DNA of 64,000 nt, from NCBI RefSeq assembly GCF_006345805.1, contig NC_042997.1:159960001-160024000 (forward strand), written 5' to 3'. Origin of the DNA: Octopus sinensis. Its lineage: Eukaryota. The position numbers were made by a program, and so were the translations under genes. This document shows positions 12,334 to 24,655 of the stretch, piece by piece. Position 1 is the stretch's first letter. Every line of letters begins with the position of its first letter. The notes beneath the pieces are model-generated. The model worked only from the letters and a program-made list of their open reading frames with translations. It did not search any database and was not told where the DNA came from.

Positions 12334-13180
12334 ACAACAAAATGAAACCATTGACCAAGACAACAAAAAGAGGACAATTGATCAAAACAACATAATGAAA
12401 GCATTATTCAAAACAACAAAATGAATCCATTTTTCAAAGTAACAAAAGGAAGCCATTGATGAAAACAACAAACTGAAACCATTGATCATGTTGTCTCTTT
12501 GTACGCCTACAATGTGTCTCAATAGGCATGATAGAGCAGTACGATATATTCAATGGCTAATTTGCAAAAACTTTGACCTACCCCAGGAAAAAAACTGGTG
12601 GGAACACAAACCACCTACAGTGCTTGAAATTGACCACATCTCAATCCTCTGGTACTTCATTCAAATTGACAGAAAGATAGATGCAAATAGGCCAGACATT
12701 ATATTGAAAGACTTCAAACAAAAATCATGCCTCCTCATTGATATGACTGTCCCAATCGACATAAATGTATTTGTCTAGACCAACCAAAAACTGAGCAAGT
12801 ATAAATATCTTGAAATATAAATTGGTGAATTATGGAACCTCACGACTAAAAGAAAATTGTTGTCATATTAATAACAAAATGGCTGATTTCCACATAGCTC
12901 AGATACCAGAAAACGCTAAAATTGCAGAAATTACAATGATAATGCTCATGGGAACTGTTCAAATCCTACGTAAAATACTGTCTATGTAATCTCAAATTTA
13001 AAACAAACCTGTAATTTTCTTATGTTTTCTTAAACATTCTCTAGAACTACACCATGTACAAAACCAAATGTATGACACCCTAGGCATAACTCTTAACATG
13101 AACTTCTAACTTGCTCTCTCTTGAGGTCTCTGGGTGAGACTTGGAATCAACTTGTACGAATACAAAGCAAAAGTCAAACA

Positions 13181-13181
<1 letters not shown>
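12334..13181 (+). mobile_element. Dong/R4 family B 3' fragment with six ~26-bp reiterations at its 5' end (mirror 58205-59020)
   Basis: Reads RHDRAVRYIQW and ANRPDIILKD...LLIDMTVP. Carries the family B 3' UTR ending GCAAAAGTCAAACA then (AAT)n. Confidence 0.85.
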
Positions 13182-13242
<61 letters not shown>

Positions 13243-13267
13243 TGATGATAATAATAATAATAATAAC

Positions 13268-13349
<82 letters not shown>

Positions 13350-13364
13350 GCAACAACAACAACA

Positions 13365-14742
13365 ACAACAAAACTCATACTAAAACTCAACTCCAAAACT
13401 TCCATGGAAGCCATTAACATCCTGGCACTTCCAGTAGTCCAGTACAGTTTTAGCATCATTAAAAGGAATGTTACAGACTCCATTGCCTGGACAGTAAGAA
13501 AAGGAAACTCCTAACATCTAAGAATATGCGCCACCTGGAAGCAGACGTTGATCGTCTGTCCTTACCTAGAAGAAATGGGGGAAGAGAAATGATGCATGTA
13601 GAACTGTGCTGTAAGTCCTCCACAACAGCAACGAACAAGAACTTACCAAGTACAGAGGACTGGATACTAGCGTACGTATACGAAAGCAGCAAAAAATCAC
13701 ATTCTATTGTCGAAGCTTGCAAATTTTCAAATTCGAATTAATCCTGAATTGGGTGAAGAACTTGGAACCACTGCTACCAAATAAGCAAAATGGATCAAAC
13801 AGTCTGCAAAAAAGAACGGGTGGAAACAGATTTAGGAGCAGTGGCGAAAACAAAGCCTCTGCATGGACAGTATATAATTTGAAGCCGAAATGCTGATGTT
13901 GTAGACCAAGTAACAACCCATCAGTTGGGTTCAGGAGGAGTTCAGGACTGAAAACAGAAACAGGTAGTTTCATATTAGCGACACAATGTTAAAGCATGCT
14001 TACCAAAATCTAACGTTCTTCAAAACAGTGCTGACTCTAAATGCACATTCTGCGATAAATTTGATGAAACAATAGACCATGTCGTCTCGGGATATCCTGT
14101 GCTGACACCAAGCGAATACATAAGTCGTCACGATAGTGTAGGACAGTATTTACTTAGAAAATGTGTAAATACTACAAAAGCAGCAGTCCTGCTTGTTGGT
14201 AGCAACGTCATCCTGAGTCAGTCGTTGAAAAAGTAGAAACGTCACTATTGTCAGCGAGTTTTTCAGTCAATAGCGACTAATCCACCAAATATAGTCATTA
14301 AAGACTAGGACAAAATACTTGTAGATTAATAGATGTAAGGGTTCCCACGGATTTAAAATATATCTGTCAAAAATTTTAAAAATTAAGTAAATATAAGGAC
14401 CTGGAAATTAAAGTACAAAAGATATGGCATCTTAAAGCAAGAACTCTTCCTGTAATTGTGGGTGGTGCCCTAGGGATGAGAGGAGAGATATCTAGATATT
14501 ATCCCAAGAGAACCATGTCTCAGAGATATCTGAAAGATTATGCTAAGTACAGCTTACATCCTTAGAAAGACCCTATGAATTAAATGTTTGTGTTGTATTA
14601 CATATAGATATTCCATTAGTGCCCCTGCCACTTCCCCTCTCCAAGCTTTCATTCATACTGTAACATCTCTTATCCTTCATTCACCTAGGATTGTGGGTAT
14701 GTCTCAGCAAGTGATTGTAACAAACATGCATATTCAAAGTAA
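13365..14742 (+). mobile_element. Dong/R4 family C, 5'-truncated and degenerate (mirror 56734-58120)
   Basis: Reads LNSKTSMEAINILALPVVQYSF, DVDRLSLPRRNGGR.M, a C..C...DETIDHVVSG knuckle and a degenerate RLE. Ends ATTCAAAGTA then (AAT)n. Confidence 0.8.
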
Positions 14743-14784
14743 ATAATAATAATAATAATTATAATGATAATAATAATAATAATA

Positions 14785-14819
<35 letters not shown>

Positions 14820-14823
14820 TAAC

Positions 14824-14876
<53 letters not shown>

Positions 14877-14877
14877 C

Positions 14878-14917
<40 letters not shown>

Positions 14918-15114
14918 TGAAACGTGCGATAAACTCATGGTAAATCAACTTCGGAAAGTTTAGAAATTATTAAAAATATAAGTGGAACAAATCAATAAGT
15001 ACGCAAATTGATTAATTGCGGATACACACGAATGTCTACACAATCATATATACATTTTAATACCCATAGGACTACACATATACACCAATGTTTACACAAT
15101 GTGTGAAATTTACA

Positions 15115-18100
15115 GGACACATACGTGCATATGAAAGGACGAGTCACAAACGAAGCAAAAAGACATACATTTTTTATTTTATTTTCGAACTAAGACAGAG
15201 AGAGTTAGTTCGTATATTTCATATATTTAAAAACACCACAAAAAACTGTGTCCGGAGATAAATCTATCAACAAAAACAATACAGATGTAAACAGATATGT
15301 TATGCTAAAGAAGCTACGTTACGAGCAATGTTTTCATTCAAAGAACTCGGAGGTGGTGTGTCTCAAAAAATTAACACCTAAACAGACATATCTGCTTCCT
15401 AATGACGACGTCCAAGCTCGTCATGCTACAATGATAATAAAGTAAAATACACCCGTCACCCGTATAAACAAGGGTCGTGTAACCCAGAAAGGAACCAGAT
15501 CGGATACTAAAAGTCAGCTACTGGTTCAAATCTTCCGAAACACAGACGATGGAAGTACCCCACAACCGGAATATTCCAACAGATGGCCATTCACGCACGT
15601 CATCAAATAACCAAAAGAAAAATAATGCAAAATTATCTAGGAGAGATAATAAAGAATTCTTAAGGTCTTCTATCATGCAAATATATCTAATACTAAACAA
15701 ACCTACCTAAGGGGTAAACGGAAGCAGCTAGAAGTAAGACCCTATATATAGGCAGTAAAAAATTTGCCAACATTAGCAGAAACCTTATAAAAAGGAAATT
15801 ACTAACTGAATTAGAGATTGAACAAATGAAGCAATCAATGAGGGATAAAGGGAACGAAGCTGCAGCCAAAGAAGATACTACAGAGGAAATAATTATAGAC
15901 CAGTCCAGGTTTGATAAAATTGCAGTAATTATTGAAAGAGTTAATGTACGCAAAGCGAATTACTTTCTGAAACAACCATAGACACTAAGGCAGATGAAAA
16001 TCAAATAGATGAACAGAGACATACAGAAATTGACCCAACAGAACTACATGATATAAAATATCAAATCATGATTGAATGGCTGAAAACTTTAAAAACCAGC
16101 ATGAATGAATGTGACACTTTCCCAAAAATTCGCAAATCTAACCAAAGCCTGAAAGAAATTGGTAAAATCCGCGTTGCACCGAAGGATTTAATTTTAGCTA
16201 ATGATGTTCATATTACAGATTCAACCACCTGTACTATGCATCCGCGAAAATTTCAACGATTCTATATGGTGAAAAGATTAGAAAACGACAACATTCCCAC
16301 AAAAAGCCTACTTGGCAAGAGCGTATTCAACACCAAATTCAGCTGCTTAGTTCTGACATAGAATGTTTAAGAATCTTAAGTTTGACAAGACTATCAAATC
16401 TGAAACTTAAAAAGAAAGAACATAATATGAAAAGCATACTTGACATCGATACCACCATAGAAGCTATCAAGCAAAAGGCATGTGCTAAAGCTGCCGTATA
16501 GTAAGGTATGAAAAGCACGTTAGATTCTTCTAGGACAACATGTTTAAAAATAACCCAAAATAGTTTTACAGGAAGATAGGGAAAATACCAGTTACAGTAA
16601 AGTCTGTTCCATCAAAAGAAGAAGTGCAGGAATTTTGGAATATAATTTGGGCAGCAGAAGAATCACACAGTGAAAAGTCCCTCTAGATTGATAGAATATC
16701 TGCAGACTTAGACTCATTAGAATAGTAAAAGTGGGAGGGTATCAAGGCAGACGATGTAAGATCTGCTCTTAGGAAGTTAAGCAAATGGAAATCTCCAGGA
16801 AAGGAATAAATCCTAAGCTCCTAGCTCGCTGAATGCCTTTCCAGAGAGCTATGAATGCTAACTAACAAAACTTTACAACAATGTTGTTTGAAACAAAACA
16901 CCTAGTATGATCCCTTCTTGGTTAGTTAATGGTATCAAGACACTATCAAAACTGAAGAAACAAATGAACCAAAACATTATTGACTCATCACCTGCTTAAC
17001 GATAATGTATAAAATACTAACATCTGTCTTGACTCAATATACCTATAGTCTTTTAATATAAAGTGGCATATTACCTAATGGGCAAAAAGGATATAACTGT
17101 TTGTTTTATGGTTATAAAGATCAGCTACTCATCAATGAGATGAACGACTGTCACAAACGACACAAAAACTTGTCGATAGTGTGGGTAGACTATAAAAATC
17201 TCTTAATAGTCTACCACATAGCTGGATTAAGAAATGTCTGGAAATGTATAAAATAGAAGCAACTCTGCCAAGCGTCTTGTCTGTATGAGATCATGGAGAA
17301 ACACTGACATTAAACAGTGATAATGAATCTCTCAATGCTGGAGATGTAAGACATTCATTTGGCATTTTTTTCATAAAAGGGTAAACTCTCTATCACAGAT
17401 ACTCTTTTGTCTAGACTTTAATACCTCTCTCGAAATTACTCGATGGTGTACAATGCGGCTATAAAATGTTTGATAAAAGTATAAATCATCTCATTTACAT
17501 GGATGATTTAAAGCTCTTCGCAAAAACTGACCAACAACTTAATAGCGATTGGTAAACGATTCAGTGATAACATCAGGATGCGATCTGGGGTCGCTAAATG
17601 TGCAAAAGCTACTTTTATCTAAGGGAAAATGACAGAAACATCAAACGTTATTCTTGACCAGCTGAATGTCGTAAAGGATTTGGACCCAGCGAGGGGCTAC
17701 AAATAGCTAGGGGTATTTGAATGCGATGGCGTCAAACATTGAATAATGAGGGAAAGTATCAGAAGAGAATGTTATCGCAGGGTAAGGGCAATACTCAAGA
17801 CAGAGCTGAATGCCAGAAACAGAATCGAAGCGTTCAATACTTTAGCCATGCCGGTCGTGGCTTACAGTTTCAAAATCATCAACTGATTAATTATTGAAAT
17901 ATATAATCTTGACAGAAAAATACGAAAATTGCTGACAATGCATAGAATGCCTCGCAATATGATAGATATTAAACAAGTTTACCTGACAAGAAAAGAGGGT
18001 GGTCGTGGGCTTTTACAACTGGAACTAACAATGGAGATTGCCACAGTCGGCCTAGACACCTACCTGAAAAAATCTGCTGACTGGATGTTAAAATTTGTTT

Positions 18101-19225
18101 TAAAGCATGAAAACAAGAAGGCCTCGTACTCAGTAACAAAACAAGCAAAGGAATATCTAAATGAATTCCAAATACAACAAATTCCAGAATTAGACGTACT
18201 GGAAACAAGCACAGAAAAAGCTATGCGTATGAAAATCTTTCGTAAAACTGCTGCCTTAGATATTCTTACTGATAAATGGCAAGAAAAACTAGTCAATGGC
18301 AAATACACAACGAGAGCTAATAGTGCCAATGTTGACAAAGCCCTTACCCATCAATGGCTAGTGTCTTCTGGATTAAAGATAGAAACAGACGGCTTTATCA
18401 TAGAAGCCCAAGATCAATGCCGACCTATAAGGAACTACCATGCCATTATTAAAGAACGACAGCAGTAGCCCAACAATACTGCTTATGAAAGACAACAAAA
18501 TGGACCCATTAATTATGTTGTCTTCCTGTGCGGTCTTCTTGCGCCTACATAATATATCAACGGGCATGATAGAGCAGCACAATATATTTTCTGGGAAATT
18601 TTCAAAACCCTGCACCTGCCCCATGATAAAAACTGATGGGAACACAACCCACCTAGAGTGCTTGATAAGGATCACATCTCAATCCTCTGGACCTTCATCA
18701 TTCAAACTGACAGAAAAAAAGATGCAAATAGGCCAGACATTTTATTGATAGACTTCAGATAAAAATCATGCCTCCTTGTTGATATGACTGTACAAATCGA
18801 CATAAATTTATATGTCGAGATCCACCAAAAACTGAGCAAGTATAAAGATCTTGAAATAGAAATTAACAAAATGTGGAACCTGAAGATTACAAAAAATACC
18901 AGTTGTCATAGGTGCCCTAGGAATGATAGCAAAAGTGGCTGATTCCGACGTAGCTCAGATACCAGAAAACTCCAAAATAGCAGAAATTCAAAAGATGGGA
19001 ACTGCTAATATCCTACCTAAATTACTGTCCATGTAATCACAAATTTTAAAACACATATATGATTTTCTTGTTTTCTTAAACATTCTCTAGAACAATACTA
19101 TGTGCAAAATCAAATATATGACACCTTAAGCATAATACCAATATGAACTTCTAACTTGTTGTCGCTCAAATTCTCTGGTTGAGACTTGGTGTCAATTTGT
19201 ACAAATACAATGCCAAAGTCAAGCA
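15115..19225 (+). mobile_element. Near full-length, heavily decayed Dong/R4 family B (mirror ~52000-55860)
   Basis: 5' region shared with 38155-39600. RT fragments include INHLIYMDDLKLF near 17485-17520 and KEGGRGLLQLE (17929-18468). Family B 3' UTR present. The 5' end is approximate. Confidence 0.85.
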
Positions 19226-19249
19226 TAATAATGTTGAATAATAATTAGA

Positions 19250-19650
19250 GAAGATATCCGAAAGCCGGATATAGTAACATTTAGGAGGGAAAAGAAAGAG
19301 TGACTAATAATTGATGTGGTAGTGCCAGCAGATCAACATATCGTCATGAAAGAAAGAGGAGAGATTGATAAATATGGAGACTTGAAAAGGAATTGAGATC
19401 GCTAAGTTGGGGCAACTAAGAGAGTCAAGCATAAAGTTTATCCCTGCTGTCATCCGACCATTTGGTTCAATACCACCCAATCTGAAAAAAACTTTACAAA
19501 TGTCCTACAATGTATGTCGGCATTACTTGGGAGCTGCAGGAATACTGCGTAAAATACAGTCTGTCTGATGGTCCCTGTTGGGACTTGACAAACAGTACAA
19601 ACCCCTGGTAGACACAATATTTTCACTATATTGTATACTGTGTGACGTCT
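19250..19650 (+). mobile_element. R4-type family E 3' fragment (mirror 51555-51960)
   Basis: RLE-like KPDIV...IIDVVVP.D...DKYGDL. The 3' end GTAGACACAATAT...GACGTCTATA is shared with 31540-31610. Confidence 0.7.
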
Positions 19651-19651
19651 A

Positions 19652-19686
<35 letters not shown>

Positions 19687-19725
19687 ACTACTACTACTAT
19701 ACTACTACTACTACTACTACTATAC

Positions 19726-19771
<46 letters not shown>

Positions 19772-19772
<1 letters not shown>

Positions 19773-20332
19773 TGCCCTGATGCAGTAGACAAGGCAGTGG
19801 CCCTCATGGCTTCTGATTTTAACTGATTGGAAGTGTTATCATGTACATTGTTTTGTCTGTTATAAAAGATGGGCTACAGCAAATATTCTGCTCAATACCA
19901 CAGATTTGCTTGTCAGTTGTTTGACCTTAACCAGTTGAGCATGTCCTTAATGGCTGACGATATTTGCATCTCTGATCATGAGCAGAAGAAGTAGTGTGGG
20001 AGCATCATAGCCATGTGTTGAGAGGGATCCTTTGGGGTTTGAATAATTCACCTCTGGAAACATGGGTGTTTCGTTCAACATCCTTAAAACACCCTTATTC
20101 AGGGACCTTTAGAGTGGGATGGGTTACTCGACCAGAAGAAAAATTCTAACTGGGCCCCAACTGCAAGGTCATGTGCTGTTTATCTTGATATGAGATCACC
20201 ATGTTGCGCACATGTGGTAGTGATGCATATGCTTAGTGTACACTTATCAGACGAGTAGTCATGATGGGTATACTAGGCTTCGTATACCTGTACCCCAGTG
20301 CCACTTTGGTGGCATGCACTGCTCTTTCACTC
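19772..20332 (+). mobile_element. ~550-bp non-coding element embedded in (AAT)n (mirror 47955-48504)
   Basis: The same unit, (GCCCT)GATGCAGTA...GCTCTCTCACTC, recurs at 28781-29290 and 31641-32189. It has no ORF or TIR and its intact ends abut AAT repeats. Confidence 0.8.
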
Positions 20333-20395
<63 letters not shown>

Positions 20396-21236
20396 AACAA
20401 CAACAATAATAATAATAACAACAACAACAACAATAATTATAATAATAATAATAGCATTAACAAGCTTCCTAACTGAATTAGAGACTGACCTAATTAAACA
20501 ATCAGTAAGGGATAAAAGCATGAATTTACAGCTGAAGAAGATACTACAGAGGAAATAATTACAGACCAACCCAAGACTTATGAAAATACAGACTTATGAA
20601 AATGATAAAAAGAGTCAATATAACTGATAAGCAAAGTGAAATACTGTGGACAATTTGTATCTTTATTGAACCATTGCCGAGTGAGAGGCCTTCCTTAAAG
20701 GTCTAGCATCATTAGTTGTATTGTACCAGTACGTTTTTGTTATGGGATTTTCTTTGAGTCTTTTGCTGGATTAGTTTTTAGATTGTGTGTTGTTTCTGTA
20801 GCGCTGGATGTGTTCTTCTGTCGGGTATCGGCCTTCTATGGCACATGTTGTGGGTTTTGTTCATTTTGTTGTGTATTTACAGTATAAGTTTACTCTTGTA
20901 TGATTTTGGAGAGGCGTTGCATAGTAGTGTGTTTGTAACTCATGAATCAACTATTTTAGTGTATCCTGATTATCCCTCCGCCGTTATTTTGCTGGTTTTG
21001 TTATGGGTTCCAATGATTATTATTATTATCAATGATATTAATACGCTATCTTTTTTTTCTGTGTACATGGGTGTGTGTCACACTTCAAAGAAGTGGATAA
21101 GCGAGAGAGAGGGACATAGAGAAGAAGTAAGAGAGAGGGAGAGTGAGAGAGAAAGAGAGAGAGTGAGAGAGACAGTGAGTGGTGACGGCGTTCGTTTTGT
21201 GTTTTCATAGAGGAAGCAAGAGAGAAAGTGAGAGAG

Positions 21237-23020
21237 AATTTCTTTATTAATCATAGGGTTGAGAAAAGAGGAGATGATACGAGGACAGAAAAACAAACAT
21301 TGGGGTCAGGGTATCGAGTGAGACGAAACGTATCAATAAACAAACAATCAAATATATATAATTAAATAAGAATGAGTGATTTACACAAAATGAAGCGGAA
21401 GACACGGTCGACCTCACAACCACATACTTACACTGAAGACTGTTTTCTTCTTTTTATATTCTCGTTTTAAACAGGTTCTTTCACTCGCAACATACTTGCT
21501 ATAGACTTCCATCATTACCAAACACCCTTTGCGACAGGAATTCTTCTCCAGCCTTATTTTCCGTTTCATGTGGAAAACGAAAAAGTCGATTAGCTCGAGA
21601 CTGGAGATGAACATGCCTGTTGTAATTCCTTTCACTCTCGTCTTCCATACTACTTCTTTCGCCATTGCAACTACCGAGAGAAAACAGCTGCTCCTCCCTA
21701 TACAGGGATCGGCGGTACGATCTTAATTACAGATTCGCTAGACAGTTGTACTCTTCTCGAATGCGACAGCAGGTGTTCGACATAAGCCCAGAGCTCAGTC
21801 ATCTTGGGGCTTTGCACAATCGCGTGCTGGACAGTTCCACTGCTGCTCGCATCTTGCACAAACTGGTGAAGGCGCACCACCCCATGTCTAAAGAGCTTAA
21901 CTCGAGCCGGTAAAGCTCCTCTGTACATTGCCAGACCAGGGACTTTTGGTAATTATCCATAGGCCTCGGCCGAAAGTTCTTTGAAACAGGTTGGCCAGTT
22001 GATCTTCGTCGAAGCCTAGGTTTCTCCAAGGACGTCGTTACACTTGAACTCTACTAACACTCGTAGAAGAACAAGATAGTACCTCGCCACCGGCGTTGCC
22101 CGACTGGGAGAGAAACACGAGTGCCTGATGGCACTCTGCATGCCACACGCCCAACCTCAGTCTACACTTGATCCATGGTTCACTTCGGTAAACGATGTGA
22201 ACTGTAGAAATAACAGCTTGACGAACGGAGACCACACCTGCTCACCGCCCAGGTAAAGCGAGAGATGCCTCAGCCTGAGCGCATGTCTGCGCATTGTTAG
22301 CCACGGCATCTCTAGCCCTCCCTTCAGCGGCTTTTGGCAGCAGATAGAGCGCCTTACAAGAGGTCTGCTGCTCGTCCACAAAAAGCGAAAAACCATGCGT
22401 TCCAGTTTGTTCAGCCACGAATCGGGGCAAGGCACGACAGTCAGGCGGTAAGTGATTATAGAAGCAATAAACACCTCTGCAAACTCCGCCCTCCCTTTCA
22501 AGGACAGCTTCTGCTCAGACCAGGTGTGAGTTAGGAGAGCTACCTTGCTCGCCACCTCGCTCTAATTCTTCTGTATCAGGAAATCTGGACCCTAACCAGA
22601 TTCCAAGCATTTTCACCGGCCTTCCGTCCAACGTCCCACGACGCTGTCGGAAGGCATCGACTTGCACCTCCTGATGCCGAGTTGCAAGCCGATCGATTTG
22701 TCCTGGTTGATTTTCGCTCCTACCACCGCTTCGTAATCCCTTAAGGCCTCACCTACCCACTGTTGGTGTGCTCGAACCGGACTACGATGACGGTGGTGTC
22801 GTCTGCATACGACGAAGTTGACTTTCCGCACCCTAGATCTCCCGTTCTGCTGCCACTTGGTGTACATGCATGCAAGTAGGTGCATCTTCGACTTCCTTGG
22901 CTGTTAGTTGGTAAACGAATGTGAACTGTGTTATAACAGCTGGACGAACGGAGACCACCACCTGCTCACCGTCAAGTAAAGCCAGAGATGCCTAAGCCTG
23001 AGGCATCAGTGACAAAGTAA
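21237..23020 (-). mobile_element. Tx1/L1-clade LINE, 5'-truncated, with an internal ~100-bp direct repeat
   Basis: Reads WSEQKLSLKGRAE..FIASIITYRL.VVPCP...FLW...KGGLEMP (22157-22555) and has a zf-RVT region. AATAAA lies at 21243-21248 on the minus strand, and (TC)n flanks both ends in element orientation. Confidence 0.85.
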
Positions 23021-23024
23021 CCAG

Positions 23025-23067
<43 letters not shown>

Positions 23068-23115
23068 CAAACCACAAAGTCGCACCAGCCTGCGTCACTA
23101 CCTCCAAGCCCATCA

Positions 23116-23149
<34 letters not shown>

Positions 23150-23151
<2 letters not shown>

Positions 23152-23380
23152 TGTATGTATGTATGAGTGTGTATGTGTTCCACCACCATCATTGCTTCAC
23201 ACCGATGTTGGTGCGTTTGCGTCTCTGTAATTTAGCTGTTCAGCAGAAGAGACAGATAGAATAAGAACCAGGCTTACAGGGAGTCCAGGGGTCAATTTCT
23301 TCGACTAATGAGAGGTGCTGTAGCATGGCCACTGTCAAATGACTGAAACAAGTAAAAGACTAAAAAAATACCAGAAAAAG
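23150..23380 (+). mobile_element. SINE 3' half (same family as 23417-23945; partial mirror 45520-45610)
   Basis: CCACCATCATTGCTT.ACA.CGATG...ATAGAATAAG...CAAATGACTGAAACAAGTAAAAGA. Confidence 0.75.
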
Positions 23381-23416
23381 TTTCCGTAGTACTAATCCAA
23401 GAAGGATCTTTGAATA

Positions 23417-23945
23417 TGTAGGCGCAGGAGTGGCTGTGTGGTAAGTAGCTTGCTAACCAACCTCTTGGTTCCGTGTTCAGTCCCACTGCGTGGCATCTTG
23501 GGTAAGTGTCTTCTGCTATAGCCCCGGGCCGACCAATGCCTTGTGAGTGGATTTGGTAGACGGAAACTGAAAGAAGCCTGTCGTATATATGTATACATAT
23601 ATGTGTATGTGTGTGTGTGTTTGTGTATCTGTGTTTGTCCCCCCACCATCACTTGACAACCGATGGTGGTGGTGTTTACGTCCCCGTAACCTGGCGGTTC
23701 CGGCGAAAGAGGCCGATAGATTAAGTACTAGGCTTACAAAGAATAACTCCTGGGGTCGATTTGCTCGACAACCGATGCTGGTGTGTTTACGTCCCCGTTG
23801 CTTAGCGGTTCGGCAAAAGAGACCGATAGAATAAGTACTGGGCTTACAAAGAATAAGTCCCGGGGGCGATTTGCTCGACTAAAGGCGGTGCTCCAGCATG
23901 GCCGCAGTCAAATGACTGAAACAAGTAAAAGAGTAAAAGAGTATG
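23417..23945 (+). mobile_element. tRNA-derived SINE with an internal (TA/TG)n tract and internal duplication
   Basis: A-box-like GTGGCTGTGTGG (~23430) and B-box-like GTTCAGTCCC (~23476). The 3' tail is AAGGCGGTGCTCCAGCATGGCCGCAG...AAGAGTAAAAGAG. A second copy lies at 40925-41278. Confidence 0.8.
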
Positions 23946-24084
23946 TATTCTAAGGTTAAATAATAATTCCGTTTACGTTTGTGTAACTTAGATATTTTGG
24001 CTCGATTATATAGTCATTGGTGCTACATTACATTCTATATTCTGTAAGTGTCACAATATACTTTTCTAGGCCTGCAATTTTTGT

Positions 24085-24200
24085 GGAGAGGGGCCTAATT
24101 GATTAAATCGACCACAGTACACAGCTGGTTCTTAATTTATCGATCTCCAAAGGATGAAAGGCAAAGTCAAACTCGGCAGAGTTTGAACTCAGGACGTAAA
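24085..24200 (-). mobile_element. Degenerate piece of the second SINE family
   Basis: AAAGGATGAAAGGCAAAGTC.A.CTCGGC.GA.TTTGAACTCAG matches 30780-30830. Confidence 0.65.
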
Positions 24201-24344
24201 AACAGATGGTCATAATATACAAACATTTCTCATAGTACCAGTACACTGTTTTCCGTTAATTTTTCACGGGTCCAAATCATTATTAGTGTTATTATTATTA
24301 TAATAATAATAATAATAATTATTATTATTATTATTATTATTATT

Positions 24345-24575
24345 TTATGTTTGAATTTTGCTTTGCATTTGTTCAAGTTGGCTCCAAGTCTCACCCAGAG
24401 ACCTCAAGAGACAACAAGTTAGAAGTTCATGTTGGTGCCATGCCTAGGGTGCCATAAATTTGGTTTTGTACATAGGGTTGTTCTAGAGAATGTTTAAGAA
24501 ACTATAAGAAACTTATGTTTGTTTTAAAATTTGAGATTACATCGACAGTATTTTACGTAGGATATGGGCAGTTCC
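24345..24575 (-). mobile_element. Dong/R4 family B 3' UTR fragment
   Basis: Reverse complement of the 12990-13180 type 3' end, lying between two (ATT)n arrays. Confidence 0.85.
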
Positions 24576-24583
24576 CGTATATG

Positions 24584-24652
<69 letters not shown>

Positions 24653-24655
<3 letters not shown>

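Larger units (their letters stand above)
6215..24292 (+). repeat. Left arm of a large inverted segmental duplication
   Basis: Colinear reverse-complement match to 45461-64000, checked by eye at many points: 6215 vs 64000, 15001-15110 vs 55800-55960, 17929 vs 53281, 24248-24292 vs 45461-45505. Confidence 0.95.

Noticed and set aside
13106-13514. Poly-Asn/Ile/Leu/Tyr ORFs here and at 10835, 12048, 14685, 20233, 28064, 33153, 35667, 41243, 47632, 57992 and 58950
   Set aside because: These are stop-free frames of (AAT)n/(ATT)n microsatellites.
23417-23500. tRNA-like sequences (also at 30800-30890 and 40925-40990)
   Set aside because: They have A/B boxes but no complete cloverleaf, and they continue into SINE bodies.
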